A DNA stretch of 64,000 nucleotides from Polyangiales bacterium (GTDB lineage Bacteria > Myxococcota_A > Polyangia > Polyangiales > Houyiibacteriaceae), in NCBI GenBank assembly GCA_045106895.1, contig JBGCFM010000082.1, positions 1 through 64,000 on the forward strand, read 5' to 3'. This document shows positions 28,275 through 38,206 of the stretch, one piece after another (position 1 is the stretch's first letter; each line of letters opens with the position of its first letter). The position numbers were made by a program, and so were the translations under genes. The notes beneath the pieces are model-generated. The model ran no database searches and was not told the origin of the DNA. It worked only from the letters and a program-made list of their open reading frames with translations.

Positions 28275-29215
28275 ACAAGCCTTCACCAGCAACAAGCTCC
28301 AAAGCAGCGCGACTCGTCGCGTCGGCGCTTTGTTGCGTGGTGGCTTTGCTCTCTCTCCCCGAGCTTGCGTTGGCGCAGGAGCCCACCACGGAGTTCCTCC
28401 CGATGGACGGACAGCCCGTTCCCGGACTCGAGCGCATTCGTGTCGATGAGCACCTGCTTGAGCAGATTCCTTTGGACACGCAGTTCGTCGATCACAACGG
28501 CGAGGTGGTTCGCCTCGGCGACTACTTCGACGGTGAACGTCCGGTTCTCCTGATGTTTGCGTATCACTCCTGTCCAACGCTCTGTTCGATGGTGCTTTCG
28601 GCCACGGTCAACGGTGTCCAGCCAACCGAGTGGACCGCCGGCGACGAGTTCCGAATTGTCACCATCAGCATCGACCCCCGTGACACGCCGGAGATTGCGG
28701 CGGAGAAGCGGCTTGAGACCTTGCGCCAATACGGGCGACTCGATGCGAACGAAGAGGGCTGGGAGTTCCTCACGGGTTCCGAGGAAGCGATTGAGCGCGT
28801 TTCCGACGCTGCGGGTTACCACTTTTTCTTCGATGGGCGTCAACAGCAGTACGGTCATCCGGCGGCTATCATGCTCACTACTCCAGACGGCCGAGTCGCC
28901 CGCTACCTCTATGGGTTGCAGTTCGACCCAACGGACATTCGACTGGGCCTGCTCGAGGCCTCCGAAGGCCGCTCCATCACGACCACGGAGTCATTCCTCC
29001 TCTACTGCTACAGCTACAGCGAGTCCGACGGCGGATACACGCTGGTGGCAACACGCATCATGCGTTTCGGAGGCGTCATCACCATGTTGCTTCTTGGCGG
29101 CATGCTTTTCATCTTCTGGCGCAAAGAGCGTCGCAAAACCTTGGCCGAGCGCGCGCGTCGCTTCGCCGACAACTCCATCCATCCCTCCGGCCCACCAGAG
29201 GCCGCTGCTAGCTGA
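28271..29215 (+). CDS. SCO family copper chaperone
   Basis: CPTLC plus the conserved His in QYGHPA; GRVARYLYG. Confidence 0.92.
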   Translation: MNKPSPATSSKAARLVASALCCVVALLSLPELALAQEPTTEFLPMDGQPVPGLERIRVDEHLLEQIPLDTQFVDHNGEVVRLGDYFDGERPVLLMFAYHSCPTLCSMVLSATVNGVQPTEWTAGDEFRIVTISIDPRDTPEIAAEKRLETLRQYGRLDANEEGWEFLTGSEEAIERVSDAAGYHFFFDGRQQQYGHPAAIMLTTPDGRVARYLYGLQFDPTDIRLGLLEASEGRSITTTESFLLYCYSYSESDGGYTLVATRIMRFGGVITMLLLGGMLFIFWRKERRKTLAERARRFADNSIHPSGPPEAAAS

Positions 29216-29263
29216 CCCGACCGGACCTTTGTTCTTGAAACAAGGGTGCCCCCGAGACCGACC

Positions 29264-30451
29264 ATGAATCAGATTCCAGAAGGCACCACTCAGCTTCCGC
29301 CGCAGTTTTCGACGATTGCTCCACTAGTCGATGAGATGTACATGCTCATCTACTGGATTAGTGTGGCGTTCACCGTCGTCATCGTTGCAGCGATGCTCTA
29401 CTTCATGTGGAAGTACCGGCGTCGCCCGGGCGTCAAAGCGAAACCCACGGGTCACTCGACGGCCATGGAGATTCTTTGGACGTTTACACCCCTCGTCATG
29501 TTGGGTGTGCTCTTCCACCAGGGGTTCGAAGGCTACGTTTACGGGGCCGTTGCTCCCGAAGACGCCATCGAAGTCCGCGTCCGCGGCATGCAGTGGAACT
29601 GGGAGTTCGAGCATCGTAACGGCGTCATCGCACCTCTGAACGAGCTTCAGGTTCCTGTGAATCAGCCCGTGAAGCTCATCATGAGCTCCTCCGACGTCCT
29701 TCACAGCTTCTTCATCCCGACGATGCGTGTGAAGCGCGACGTGGTTCCCGGCATGTACTCCTCGCTCTGGTTCGAGTCAGTCGTCCGAACGGACAACATC
29801 GACGATGGCGAAGCACGTGCGTGCACCGCCGACGCTGACTGCCCAGAGGGCTTTTGGTGCGGTGGCCGCGTTGGCGGTGAGGCCCGAACCTGCGTCATCC
29901 CGATTTTCTGCACCGAGTACTGCGGAGCGGGCGCGGGCATCACGCGAAGTGCGTTCGACGACCCCGATGGGGAAGGGCGCAACTCGAATCATTCCACCAT
30001 GATGGCGGACCTCATCGTCACCTCGGAAGAGAACTACAACCGGTTCATCGAGCTTGGACCGCCACCCCCGGCTTCGTGCATCACGCAAGATGCTGCCACG
30101 GAGGTCGCCGAGGGTGAGGTTCCAGCAGTGCTCGCCGTGGGCGACACCAACTACGACATGTCGTGCTGGGGCGAGAGCCTCTACTCGGGCAGCGGTTGCA
30201 CCGCCTGCCACGCCGTCGACGGCGTAGTCCAGCAGCCCGCGCCCAACTGGGCAGGCATCTGGGGCAACGAGCGACCCTTGGTGGAGGGCGAACCTGAGCA
30301 AGGTGATGCCGACTACATCCGCCAGTCTATTCTTCAGCCCCAATCACAAATCGTCGCAGGCTACGCCGGCGTCAATATGCCTCCTTACCGCTTCAGCGAT
30401 AACCAGCTCAACGCCATCTCGGCGTACATCCGCGCCCTCAGCGAGCAATAG
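29264..30451 (+). CDS. coxB: Cytochrome c oxidase subunit II with fused cytochrome c (caa3 type)
   Basis: MEILWT, QWNWEF, SDVLHSF, CTEYCG...HSTM, C-terminal CTACH...MP. Confidence 0.93.
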   Translation: MNQIPEGTTQLPPQFSTIAPLVDEMYMLIYWISVAFTVVIVAAMLYFMWKYRRRPGVKAKPTGHSTAMEILWTFTPLVMLGVLFHQGFEGYVYGAVAPEDAIEVRVRGMQWNWEFEHRNGVIAPLNELQVPVNQPVKLIMSSSDVLHSFFIPTMRVKRDVVPGMYSSLWFESVVRTDNIDDGEARACTADADCPEGFWCGGRVGGEARTCVIPIFCTEYCGAGAGITRSAFDDPDGEGRNSNHSTMMADLIVTSEENYNRFIELGPPPPASCITQDAATEVAEGEVPAVLAVGDTNYDMSCWGESLYSGSGCTACHAVDGVVQQPAPNWAGIWGNERPLVEGEPEQGDADYIRQSILQPQSQIVAGYAGVNMPPYRFSDNQLNAISAYIRALSEQ

Positions 30452-30517
30452 CGCGCCAACCTGAGCACGCGCCCCTAAGACTTACGTACACGTTTCCAGC
30501 CGAACTCGAGAATCACC

Positions 30518-32206
30518 ATGACCGTAGAAGCCATCCCAGCCGGTAGCCCCGCACCTCAGGTGTTTGGTCGCCCGAGCGATGAGGATAACTACCTCACCCA
30601 CGACACCTCCCTGAAGTCGTGGCTTACGACCGTCGACCACAAGCGCATTGGTCTGATGTACTTGGCGAGCGTCATCATCGCTTTCCTCGCGGGTGGCATC
30701 ATGGCCCTCCTCGTGCGCACCGAGTTGCTCTTCAAGGGGCAGACGATCATGGAAGCGGACACCTACAATCAGGTGTTCACCCTCCATGGCGCCATCATGG
30801 TCTTCCTCTTCATCATCCCGTCGATTCCCGCGGCGCTGGGCAACTTCTTTCTGCCCATCATGCTTGGAACCAAGGATGTGGCCTTCCCGAAGCTGAACCT
30901 CGCCAGCTTCTACATCTACCTCATTGGCGCGGTCTTCTCGCTCATCGCCATCGCCGTTGGCAGCGTCGACACGGGTTGGACGTTCTACACGCCGTACTCC
31001 GCGCGCGCCGACAACAGCGTGGTCTGGATGACGATGGGTGTGTTCATCCTCGGTTTCTCCTCGATTCTGACGGGCGTCAACTTCATCGCGACGGTCCACA
31101 AGATGCGTGCTCCCGGTCTCTCTTGGAACCGCCTGCCGCTCTTCATCTGGGGCATCTACGCCACGGCGGTCATTCAGGTTCTCGCGACGCCAGTTCTCGC
31201 GATTACCCTCGTCCTACTCTTCATGGAAAAGACCATGACCATCGGCATCTTCGACCCGATGCTCGGCGGCGACCCCGTTCTCTTCCAGCACTTCTTCTGG
31301 TTCTACAGTCACCCGGCTGTGTACATCATGATTTTGCCCGGTATGGCCGTGGTCAATGAGGTCATCGCGACATTCAGTCAGCGCAAGATCTTTGGCTACA
31401 TGTTCGTTGCCATGAGCTCCATCTCCCTCGCGCTTCTTGGCTTCCTCGTTTGGGGTCACCACATGTTCACTGCGGGCATGAGCGAGTACGCGACGATGGT
31501 CTTCTCGGCGCTGACCTTCCTCGTCGCCATTCCCTCTGGCGTCAAGGTCTTCAACTGGGTCGCGACGCTGTATCAGGGCAGCATCTCCTTCGCTTCTCCC
31601 ATGCTCTACTCGCTGGCGTTCATCTTCTTGTTCACCATCGGCGGGCTCACGGGTCTCTTCCTCGGCATCCTCAGCGTCGACATCCACCTTCACGACACGT
31701 ACTTCGTCGTTGCCCACTTCCACTACGTCATGGTTGGCGGCACGGTCTTTGGGTTCCTCTCCGGACTCCACTACTGGTGGCCGAAGATGACGGGTCGCAT
31801 GTACAACGAGACGTTGGCGCGCATCGCCTTCACGCTCGTGTTCATCGGCTTCAACGTGACCTTCCTGAGCCAGTTCGTTATGGGCAGCCAGGGTATGCCG
31901 CGTCGCTACTACGACTACCTCGACCAGTATCAGCCGCTTCATATGACAAGCTCTGGCGGTGCCTACATCCTCGGCGTTGGCTTTGTCATCATGGCCTTCA
32001 TGTTCATGAAGTCCTGGCGCAGCGGCAAGGACGCCCCGGCCAACCCTTGGTCGAGCGCTGGTTACGAGTGGGCAACCACCACACCTCCACATCCACACAA
32101 CTTCGCTGTGACGCCGGTCATGACCCGCGGCCCATACGACTACCACCTTTGCACCGACGAAGAGCTCTTCGACGGGTTCCCCGAGGACTTCAAGGCCGAG
32201 GCCTAG
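30518..32206 (+). CDS. coxA: Cytochrome c oxidase subunit I, type A2
   Basis: [15 protein letters not shown] (the YS motif of A2 oxidases), [16 protein letters not shown] and GMPRRY. Confidence 0.97.
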   Translation: MTVEAIPAGSPAPQVFGRPSDEDNYLTHDTSLKSWLTTVDHKRIGLMYLASVIIAFLAGGIMALLVRTELLFKGQTIMEADTYNQVFTLHGAIMVFLFIIPSIPAALGNFFLPIMLGTKDVAFPKLNLASFYIYLIGAVFSLIAIAVGSVDTGWTFYTPYSARADNSVVWMTMGVFILGFSSILTGVNFIATVHKMRAPGLSWNRLPLFIWGIYATAVIQVLATPVLAITLVLLFMEKTMTIGIFDPMLGGDPVLFQHFFWFYSHPAVYIMILPGMAVVNEVIATFSQRKIFGYMFVAMSSISLALLGFLVWGHHMFTAGMSEYATMVFSALTFLVAIPSGVKVFNWVATLYQGSISFASPMLYSLAFIFLFTIGGLTGLFLGILSVDIHLHDTYFVVAHFHYVMVGGTVFGFLSGLHYWWPKMTGRMYNETLARIAFTLVFIGFNVTFLSQFVMGSQGMPRRYYDYLDQYQPLHMTSSGGAYILGVGFVIMAFMFMKSWRSGKDAPANPWSSAGYEWATTTPPHPHNFAVTPVMTRGPYDYHLCTDEELFDGFPEDFKAEA

Positions 32207-32274
32207 TTCAGGACAAGCTCCAGAACACGTAGTTCACTCTCTCAACCCGTTTATCAACCAAACACGGATTCACG

Positions 32275-33057
32275 ATGGCATCACACGCCCACCACGGCCC
32301 CGATTACCTGGCCCACCATTTCGACACGCCTAAGCAGCAGTTCGATGCGGCCAAGCTAGGAATCTGGGCTTTCCTCGCGCAGGAGATTCTGTTCTTCAGC
32401 GGTCTCTTCGTCGCCTACGGCATCTTCCGCTTTTGGTACCCCGCGGCTTTCTCGGTCGGGTCCCATCTGTTGAACTGGCAGCTCGGTGGTTTGAACACCT
32501 GCGTTCTGCTCTTCTCGAGTTGGACGGCGGCCATGAGTGTGCGCTCCGCGCAGATTGGCGAGCAAAAAGGCGTTCCGGCGGACAAGCAGCTCAAGCTTGC
32601 TGGCCGCGCTTGGACCACGCGCTTCATGCTCATCACCATCGTTTGCGCGTTTGGTTTCATGATCATCAAGTACATGGAGTACTCGCATAAGTTCCACGCC
32701 GGCTTCCTCCCGGGTCAGTACTGGGGTCACCCGTACTTCGACCTCGCAGCGAGCGCGCCGGCGGAGTTCGCCGAGGAGCTACGCGCAGCCATCAGCGCTG
32801 CGGCGTACACGGGCGGCGGCGAGGGCGGCGTCCCGTATCACATCCGTAGCTTCTACGGCATCTACTACGTCATGACGGGTCTGCACGGCATTCACGTTGT
32901 CATCGGCATCTTCCTCATCGCGTGGATCGCCATGAAGAACCACAAGGGTGCCTTCTCCGCTCGTTACAACACGCCCGTCGACATCGTTGCCCTCTACTGG
33001 CACTTGGTCGACCTCGTGTGGATCTTCCTCTTCCCGCTTCTCTACTTGATTGACTGA
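32275..33057 (+). CDS. coxC: Cytochrome c oxidase subunit III
   Basis: FLAQEILFFSGLF, MTGLHGIHV and YWHLVDLVWIFLFPLLY. Confidence 0.95.
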   Translation: MASHAHHGPDYLAHHFDTPKQQFDAAKLGIWAFLAQEILFFSGLFVAYGIFRFWYPAAFSVGSHLLNWQLGGLNTCVLLFSSWTAAMSVRSAQIGEQKGVPADKQLKLAGRAWTTRFMLITIVCAFGFMIIKYMEYSHKFHAGFLPGQYWGHPYFDLAASAPAEFAEELRAAISAAAYTGGGEGGVPYHIRSFYGIYYVMTGLHGIHVVIGIFLIAWIAMKNHKGAFSARYNTPVDIVALYWHLVDLVWIFLFPLLYLID

Positions 33058-33064
33058 GACTGAT

Positions 33065-33577
33065 ATGGCTACTGACGCACACGCCCACGACGAACATGGC
33101 GAGCACGACGATGATTACCATCATCATCAGCACATCGCCTCCATCAAGGGAAACCTCATCATCTTCGGCGCGCTGCTGCTTTGCACGGCGCTGACCGTTG
33201 CCGCGTACAAGGTCCGCCTCGGCGAGGCCAACCTCTTTGTCGCCATCTTCATCGCTGGCATCAAAGCGTCGCTTGTCTGCACGTTCTTCATGCATCTCAA
33301 GTACGAGCAGCGGTTCAATATCCTCTTCTTCCTCGGCTCGTTCCTCTTTGTTGGGGTGTTTGTGGGCTACACGCTCAACGACACCGACCACCGCGGAGAC
33401 GATGTGCAAGGAAGGCGGATCGACCCGTCGAATGGACGCTGGGCCTTCGGAACGGCCGCGCCCATTGCGGATGAAGGAAACGGCGAGTTTATCCAGCTAC
33501 CACCGGAAGCGGCTGAGGCTGCCGAGGAGGCGGAGCCCGACGGTGAGGAGCCGGAGCCTGAAGCGGCGCCGGAGTGA
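33065..33577 (+). CDS. coxD: Cytochrome c oxidase subunit IV (caa3)
   Basis: IAGIKASLVCTFFMHLKY; three TM helices. Confidence 0.9.
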   Translation: MATDAHAHDEHGEHDDDYHHHQHIASIKGNLIIFGALLLCTALTVAAYKVRLGEANLFVAIFIAGIKASLVCTFFMHLKYEQRFNILFFLGSFLFVGVFVGYTLNDTDHRGDDVQGRRIDPSNGRWAFGTAAPIADEGNGEFIQLPPEAAEAAEEAEPDGEEPEPEAAPE

Positions 33578-34416
33578 ACACTCTCCCCAAAACGGCCGGC
33601 GCAAGACGTCGGCCGTTTTTTTTCGGCCAGATAAGCGTCGTCTGGCTCGCATGCCTCCTCTCAGTCGGTTGCGAGAGCTGCCTCAAGCGTAGCGAAGTGG
33701 CATCGGTGGACGTCCATCCTTACCCGACGTGCGATGGTGAGCCTCTTCCGGAGGGAGAGGTCCTCGCGGAAGGAACACTTCTTTCTGGACCAGGCAGCCT
33801 TGAGCGCGTCACGGAGCGCTACGAGATACGCCATCGCGGTTGCGTGAACGTCATCACGATTCGGCAAGAGTGGTCACGTCAGGTGACGGACGTCGAGGCG
33901 ATTTTTGATGAAGACTGGAACCCGATACGTACGTGGAAGCGGATGGGGATTCCTGGGGTGCCAAACCCCGAGCGTTTCGTCGATACCCGCCTCTATGAGT
34001 TCCGGAACGAGCCGGCCACAATGACGGAGAGCAACGCCGACGGACGGACCCATCGGTTCTTTCGTGGGGGCCAACCAATGGCGCTCATCGGGCCTGGCCG
34101 GATGTTGCTGACGGCCTGGATTCGCGCGACGAACCTGCAGGTGGGAGAGACCACACGCGGGAACGTTCTCGACGTTCGCGAACTCTATGAACGCGTCGAC
34201 GAGGTCGCGATTCGGCGGGATCCGGACCGCTTTGAAGACACGCTTGGGCGAAACGTAAGGGTTTACACAGTCTTCGGGCGCGAATCCGTATTTGCCGACG
34301 AGACAGGGCTCGTGATCGGCGACCTCGCCGGCCTCAGGCGTGCCGAGGACCTTGACGGAGAGGCGCCTCCACCACGGCCAAGCGACAGCCCGCCAGACCC
34401 CGTCAATACGCCCTGA
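33574..34416 (+). CDS. Hypothetical lipoprotein
   Basis: GTGA overlap with the coxD stop; lipobox LSVGC; 280 aa. Confidence 0.65.
   Translation: MNTLPKTAGARRRPFFFGQISVVWLACLLSVGCESCLKRSEVASVDVHPYPTCDGEPLPEGEVLAEGTLLSGPGSLERVTERYEIRHRGCVNVITIRQEWSRQVTDVEAIFDEDWNPIRTWKRMGIPGVPNPERFVDTRLYEFRNEPATMTESNADGRTHRFFRGGQPMALIGPGRMLLTAWIRATNLQVGETTRGNVLDVRELYERVDEVAIRRDPDRFEDTLGRNVRVYTVFGRESVFADETGLVIGDLAGLRRAEDLDGEAPPPRPSDSPPDPVNTP
33589..33623 (+). terminator. Intrinsic terminator after the respiratory operon
   Basis: AAAACGGCCGGCG-CAAGA-CGTCGGCCGTTTT hairpin ending in an 8-T tract. Confidence 0.8.
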
Positions 34417-34454
34417 GCCGGTGTGCCGGCATCAGAGTCAGAAGCTTGGCTCGG

Positions 34455-35444
34455 TCAGGCAGCGGAGTCGCCGCTGTCGCGGAATAGACGGTCCCAGACC
34501 GCTTGGCGTTTGCTTGGGCCGAGTCCGTAGGAGGCTTCGCGTCGGCTGATGTAGACCGCCATGGTTCGGGCGAAGACTGCGACGCAGAGGCCCGCCATGA
34601 CGTCGATGGCCCAGTGCCAACGAAGGAACATGGTCGCAATGACCATGTTCACGGCGAAGAAGGCGATGACGGGCCAGACGAACTTGAAAGGCTTCGACTT
34701 TCGGTTTCCGAACGCGTGAAGTGCGTAGAGCGTCGGGTAGGCGGTGTGCAGGGACGGGAAGATGTCCAACTGCGCGCCGGCGGACGACACGGTCTTGACG
34801 ACCAGTCCCCAAAAGAAGCCGCCATCGAGGGGCGCGTCGAATTCGATGGCTGCGTAAGGGCCAGCGCCGGGGACCAATGTGTAGAGAATATGACCCACCG
34901 TGGCCACCATGATGGCGCCAACCATGAGCTCGCGGACGCGACGATGATTGTCGAAGAAGAGCGTTGGGATCAGCATCCCAGCCATTAGATAGAAATAGCT
35001 GTAGTAGAAGAATGAGATCCACTCGACGACGGCGGGGGTATTGAAGCGCTGAAACCAAAGCGCCGGAGTTGTGCCAAAGATGGCCTGATCAATGGCGTAG
35101 AGCTCCATGTCCACCAGCGTTGGCTCGAGGGCGGGGAGCAGGAAGCCCATCTGGAAATAGCTCGCCACGACGGGGGAGAAGATGGCGAGTCGGTAGTAGA
35201 ACGCGCGGCCTTTGCTCGGCTTGAACAGCTCCGCGCGCTTAATCAGGATGGCGCTCAGACTGATGCCGAGGAGGAAGTAGCCGAACCAGAGCGCCATGGT
35301 CCGGTTCTCACTCGGTGCACACAGGGCAGCTCTGAGGAGCATGTAGCTATGGAAGCCCACGGACACATAGTCGTGGAACACCATATTGCGCCGCAGTCGG
35401 TGGAGGATCCCGATGTTCTTTGCGGCTACTTGAGAAGCTTCCAT
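34455..35444 (-). CDS. PAP2-superfamily membrane enzyme (Aur1/IPC-synthase-like)
   Basis: PGAGP, FPSLH and WHWAIDV motifs; polytopic. Confidence 0.8.
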   Translation of the reverse strand: MEASQVAAKNIGILHRLRRNMVFHDYVSVGFHSYMLLRAALCAPSENRTMALWFGYFLLGISLSAILIKRAELFKPSKGRAFYYRLAIFSPVVASYFQMGFLLPALEPTLVDMELYAIDQAIFGTTPALWFQRFNTPAVVEWISFFYYSYFYLMAGMLIPTLFFDNHRRVRELMVGAIMVATVGHILYTLVPGAGPYAAIEFDAPLDGGFFWGLVVKTVSSAGAQLDIFPSLHTAYPTLYALHAFGNRKSKPFKFVWPVIAFFAVNMVIATMFLRWHWAIDVMAGLCVAVFARTMAVYISRREASYGLGPSKRQAVWDRLFRDSGDSAA

Positions 35445-35546
35445 GGGCAAAAACCGGCTAGTGGGCCGAAGGGCGGAGCCTAGCCAGCGGGGTCCTTCGG
35501 GGCAACCTGGTTGAGTGAGCCGTCTTGCACCAAAGAAGCCTCGAAT

Positions 35547-36542
35547 TCAAAGAGCTTTTCGCCGCGCTGCGAGGGCTCGTCTGTGCCAGACGAGGGCGAA
35601 GGCTCCCAAAACGACTGCCCACCACAGGGTAGCGAGGCGAACCAAGATGGTCGTGGCGACCGCTGTCGCCTCGGAAGTTTCGCCAAAACGAGCAACGAGA
35701 CTCGCCATTCCGGCTTCCGTGACGCCGAGCCCTCCGGGGAGCAACGCGAGCGCCCCGACGATGGTGGGTGCGGAATAGGAGAAGGTGGCTTCCTCCAGCG
35801 TCAACGTCAGCTCGGCGAAACCTGCCGCAATGTAGAGCAGCGAGAGACACTCGAGACCCCACGAAACCACGCTTAGAAGCGTGGCGGCGGCAAGCGGGGC
35901 GGGGGCCGTGAGCTCACGCAGCGCCTCGTAGGCTTCACGCAGCTTGGGCGCGATTCGGCCAAGCACCGGGAGTTTGGCCGCGACGCGGAGACACCACTCT
36001 CCCAAGGGCCGCCATGCGCAGGCCAGCCACAAGACCGCCACGACGAGGGCTCCGCCGAGTGCAACGATCCAACCTTCGGAAAACGCGAGGCTCCCCGCCG
36101 CTGCGAGCAACACAAGAGCCATGAGATCCGTAAGTCGCTCCGCGATGACGATGGGCGCGGTGCGAGCGATGGCGACTCCACGTGACTCGAATAGAAGAAC
36201 GCTCTTGAGGACTTCGCCGACTTTTCCGGGTGTCACGCTCATCACGAACCCTGCGACGAAGATTCGCAGGCTCTCCAGCCACGGGACCTTTTCGATTCCA
36301 AGGCGAGCGAGATAGTACTGCCAGCGCAAGAATCGAATGCCGTAGTTCGCCGTGGCCAGCGCGACCCCAAGAGCGAACATGGACCACGAGTAGTCGCCCA
36401 TCTCGCCTTGGAGTTCGCCGACGTCGCCATAGATGAGCATTCCTGCATAGAGCAAGACGGCGATGACGCTGGCGACGGCCAGGTTGCGGCCCAAGTTTGA
36501 AGTGGGCTCCGGGGGAGCAAGGCTATCGGGGGTGTCGCTCAC
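35547..36542 (-). CDS. Lysylphosphatidylglycerol synthase TM-region (flippase-like) protein
   Basis: RFLRWQYYL, TPGKVGEVLK, ERLTD and PGGLGVTE motifs. Confidence 0.85.
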   Translation of the reverse strand: MSDTPDSLAPPEPTSNLGRNLAVASVIAVLLYAGMLIYGDVGELQGEMGDYSWSMFALGVALATANYGIRFLRWQYYLARLGIEKVPWLESLRIFVAGFVMSVTPGKVGEVLKSVLLFESRGVAIARTAPIVIAERLTDLMALVLLAAAGSLAFSEGWIVALGGALVVAVLWLACAWRPLGEWCLRVAAKLPVLGRIAPKLREAYEALRELTAPAPLAAATLLSVVSWGLECLSLLYIAAGFAELTLTLEEATFSYSAPTIVGALALLPGGLGVTEAGMASLVARFGETSEATAVATTILVRLATLWWAVVLGAFALVWHRRALAARRKAL

Positions 36543-36551
36543 GCGTTTTGC

Positions 36552-36794
36552 CTAGGAGCGGGAGCGCAGGCGACGGGCCAACAGGAAGAACGTCGCCTCC
36601 ACAACGAAGCCACCGGCCGTATAGATGGCCCACGGAGGAGCGACGAGGGCGCCTTGGCGGATTGGCTCGCTCGGACGTTCTTCGACGTACCGCTCACCGG
36701 TTTCTTCGTCGATTTGGACGGCAGGTGCAGGCGTGTCTTGGGCGGAGGCGAGCGAGGCCGCCGATAACCAGAGCGCCAGAAACACACCACGCAT
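36552..36794 (-). CDS. Small exported/membrane protein
   Basis: Signal peptide (ASA-Q) and C-terminal TM followed by basic residues; ends 10 nt before the next gene. Confidence 0.5.
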   Translation of the reverse strand: MRGVFLALWLSAASLASAQDTPAPAVQIDEETGERYVEERPSEPIRQGALVAPPWAIYTAGGFVVEATFFLLARRLRSRS

Positions 36795-36867
36795 GGGGAG
36801 AGCATGGCAGCCCAGCGACGCACGTCAATGTTCGGATCCTTGCCGCGCAGTGGTGTAGGGTGCGCTC

Positions 36868-38160
36868 ATGGCAACGGGGCATGGAGCGGGCGGAAGCGCG
36901 CACGACGATTTCGTCTACCACCTTCACCGCGGGTCTTCCCTGCTGCTCAAAGAACGCGTGGGGGACGCCAAAGAGGAGCTCGAGAGGGCTCTCGCGCTTC
37001 AGCCGAGGGATGCGAAGAGCCAGGACCTTCTCGCTGGCGTGTATTACCGACTGGGTCTGTACCCGCGTGCCATTCGTTTGTGGTCGGGGTTGGTTCGTTC
37101 GATGCCAAAAGAGCCCACGCTTCGCGTGAACCTAGCCCTTGTGCTCTTCAAGACCGGTCAGGCCGACGCTGCTCGGGAGCACATCGATGCCGCCCTCGCG
37201 ATCGCGCCACAGCACAAGCGCGCGTGGGGCTACCTTGGTCTTATCCACTGGCGCCAGGGCCAAATTCAAGAGGCCCACGCGGCGTTCGTCCGAGCGGAAC
37301 AACACTCGATGGCGCGTCGCATGGAAGAGGCGCTAGAGAAGACGACACCTGGCTCCATCGAGGCTCCGCCGATGGATCACCTGGACGAACACGACCGCGC
37401 GGCGATGCGTGGGGCGGCGGAGGAGGCGCTCGATCAACTTGGTGCGCTGAGCGTGGAGCCATCGACGAGGCGCCAGAAACGCTCAGGCGCTTGGGAGGCC
37501 GTGGAGCCTGGAGAGGAGTCTTTCGCTCCGCCGCCGCGCCTCAAAACGTTGCGACCCATCGACGGCCCCCGGAGCCTCGCGAGCTTCTTGGGCGCTTGGT
37601 CCGTCGCGCTCGATCCCGGACAGACGATGGCGTGTGTGGATGGGGCGCTTCATGTGCAGTCTGAATCCGACGTCTGTCTCCGCCTGGGTCACCTCACGTC
37701 GGTACGTGGTGAGCTGGAGACCATTCGCATCCCCACGGGTAAGGGAGACTCGCTGGGAGGGGTCGATCCTCTCTGGCGCCTCACGGGGCCCGTCGACGTC
37801 ATCACCCGTTCGGTTCACCCCGAAATTCACGTCGTCGACATTGGAGAACAGGTTTTCTACGTCGAAGAGAGCAGGATTCTTGGTTTCGACGCCACCTTGG
37901 AGTTTGAGGTCGCTGAACTGCCGCTGGGAGACGACGAAAAGATGGTCATCCAGTTCCAAGGGCAGGGGGCCGTCGCTTTCGGAGCGAGGTCTCCCAAAGT
38001 TCTTTCGCTGAACTCTGGGGAAGAGCTGCGAATCCGGCCAGAGCGGCTCGTGGCCTGGTCTGGGCGCCTTTTCCCTAGCGGCGGCCGTGGCACAAGCCCC
38101 TACAGCGCCGCCGCGCCTCGTCTCGTCCTCCGCGGAGAGGGGTACGTCGTCGTCGACTGA
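36868..38160 (+). CDS. TPR + AIM24-like protein
   Basis: Several N-terminal TPRs; C-terminal QFQGQGAV, LVAWSG and LRGEGYVVV. Confidence 0.75.
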   Translation: MATGHGAGGSAHDDFVYHLHRGSSLLLKERVGDAKEELERALALQPRDAKSQDLLAGVYYRLGLYPRAIRLWSGLVRSMPKEPTLRVNLALVLFKTGQADAAREHIDAALAIAPQHKRAWGYLGLIHWRQGQIQEAHAAFVRAEQHSMARRMEEALEKTTPGSIEAPPMDHLDEHDRAAMRGAAEEALDQLGALSVEPSTRRQKRSGAWEAVEPGEESFAPPPRLKTLRPIDGPRSLASFLGAWSVALDPGQTMACVDGALHVQSESDVCLRLGHLTSVRGELETIRIPTGKGDSLGGVDPLWRLTGPVDVITRSVHPEIHVVDIGEQVFYVEESRILGFDATLEFEVAELPLGDDEKMVIQFQGQGAVAFGARSPKVLSLNSGEELRIRPERLVAWSGRLFPSGGRGTSPYSAAAPRLVLRGEGYVVVD

Positions 38161-38206
38161 AAAGGTCGTCCTTGGCCCAGACGGGTCATGCTGCTAAGTC
38201 CGGCAC

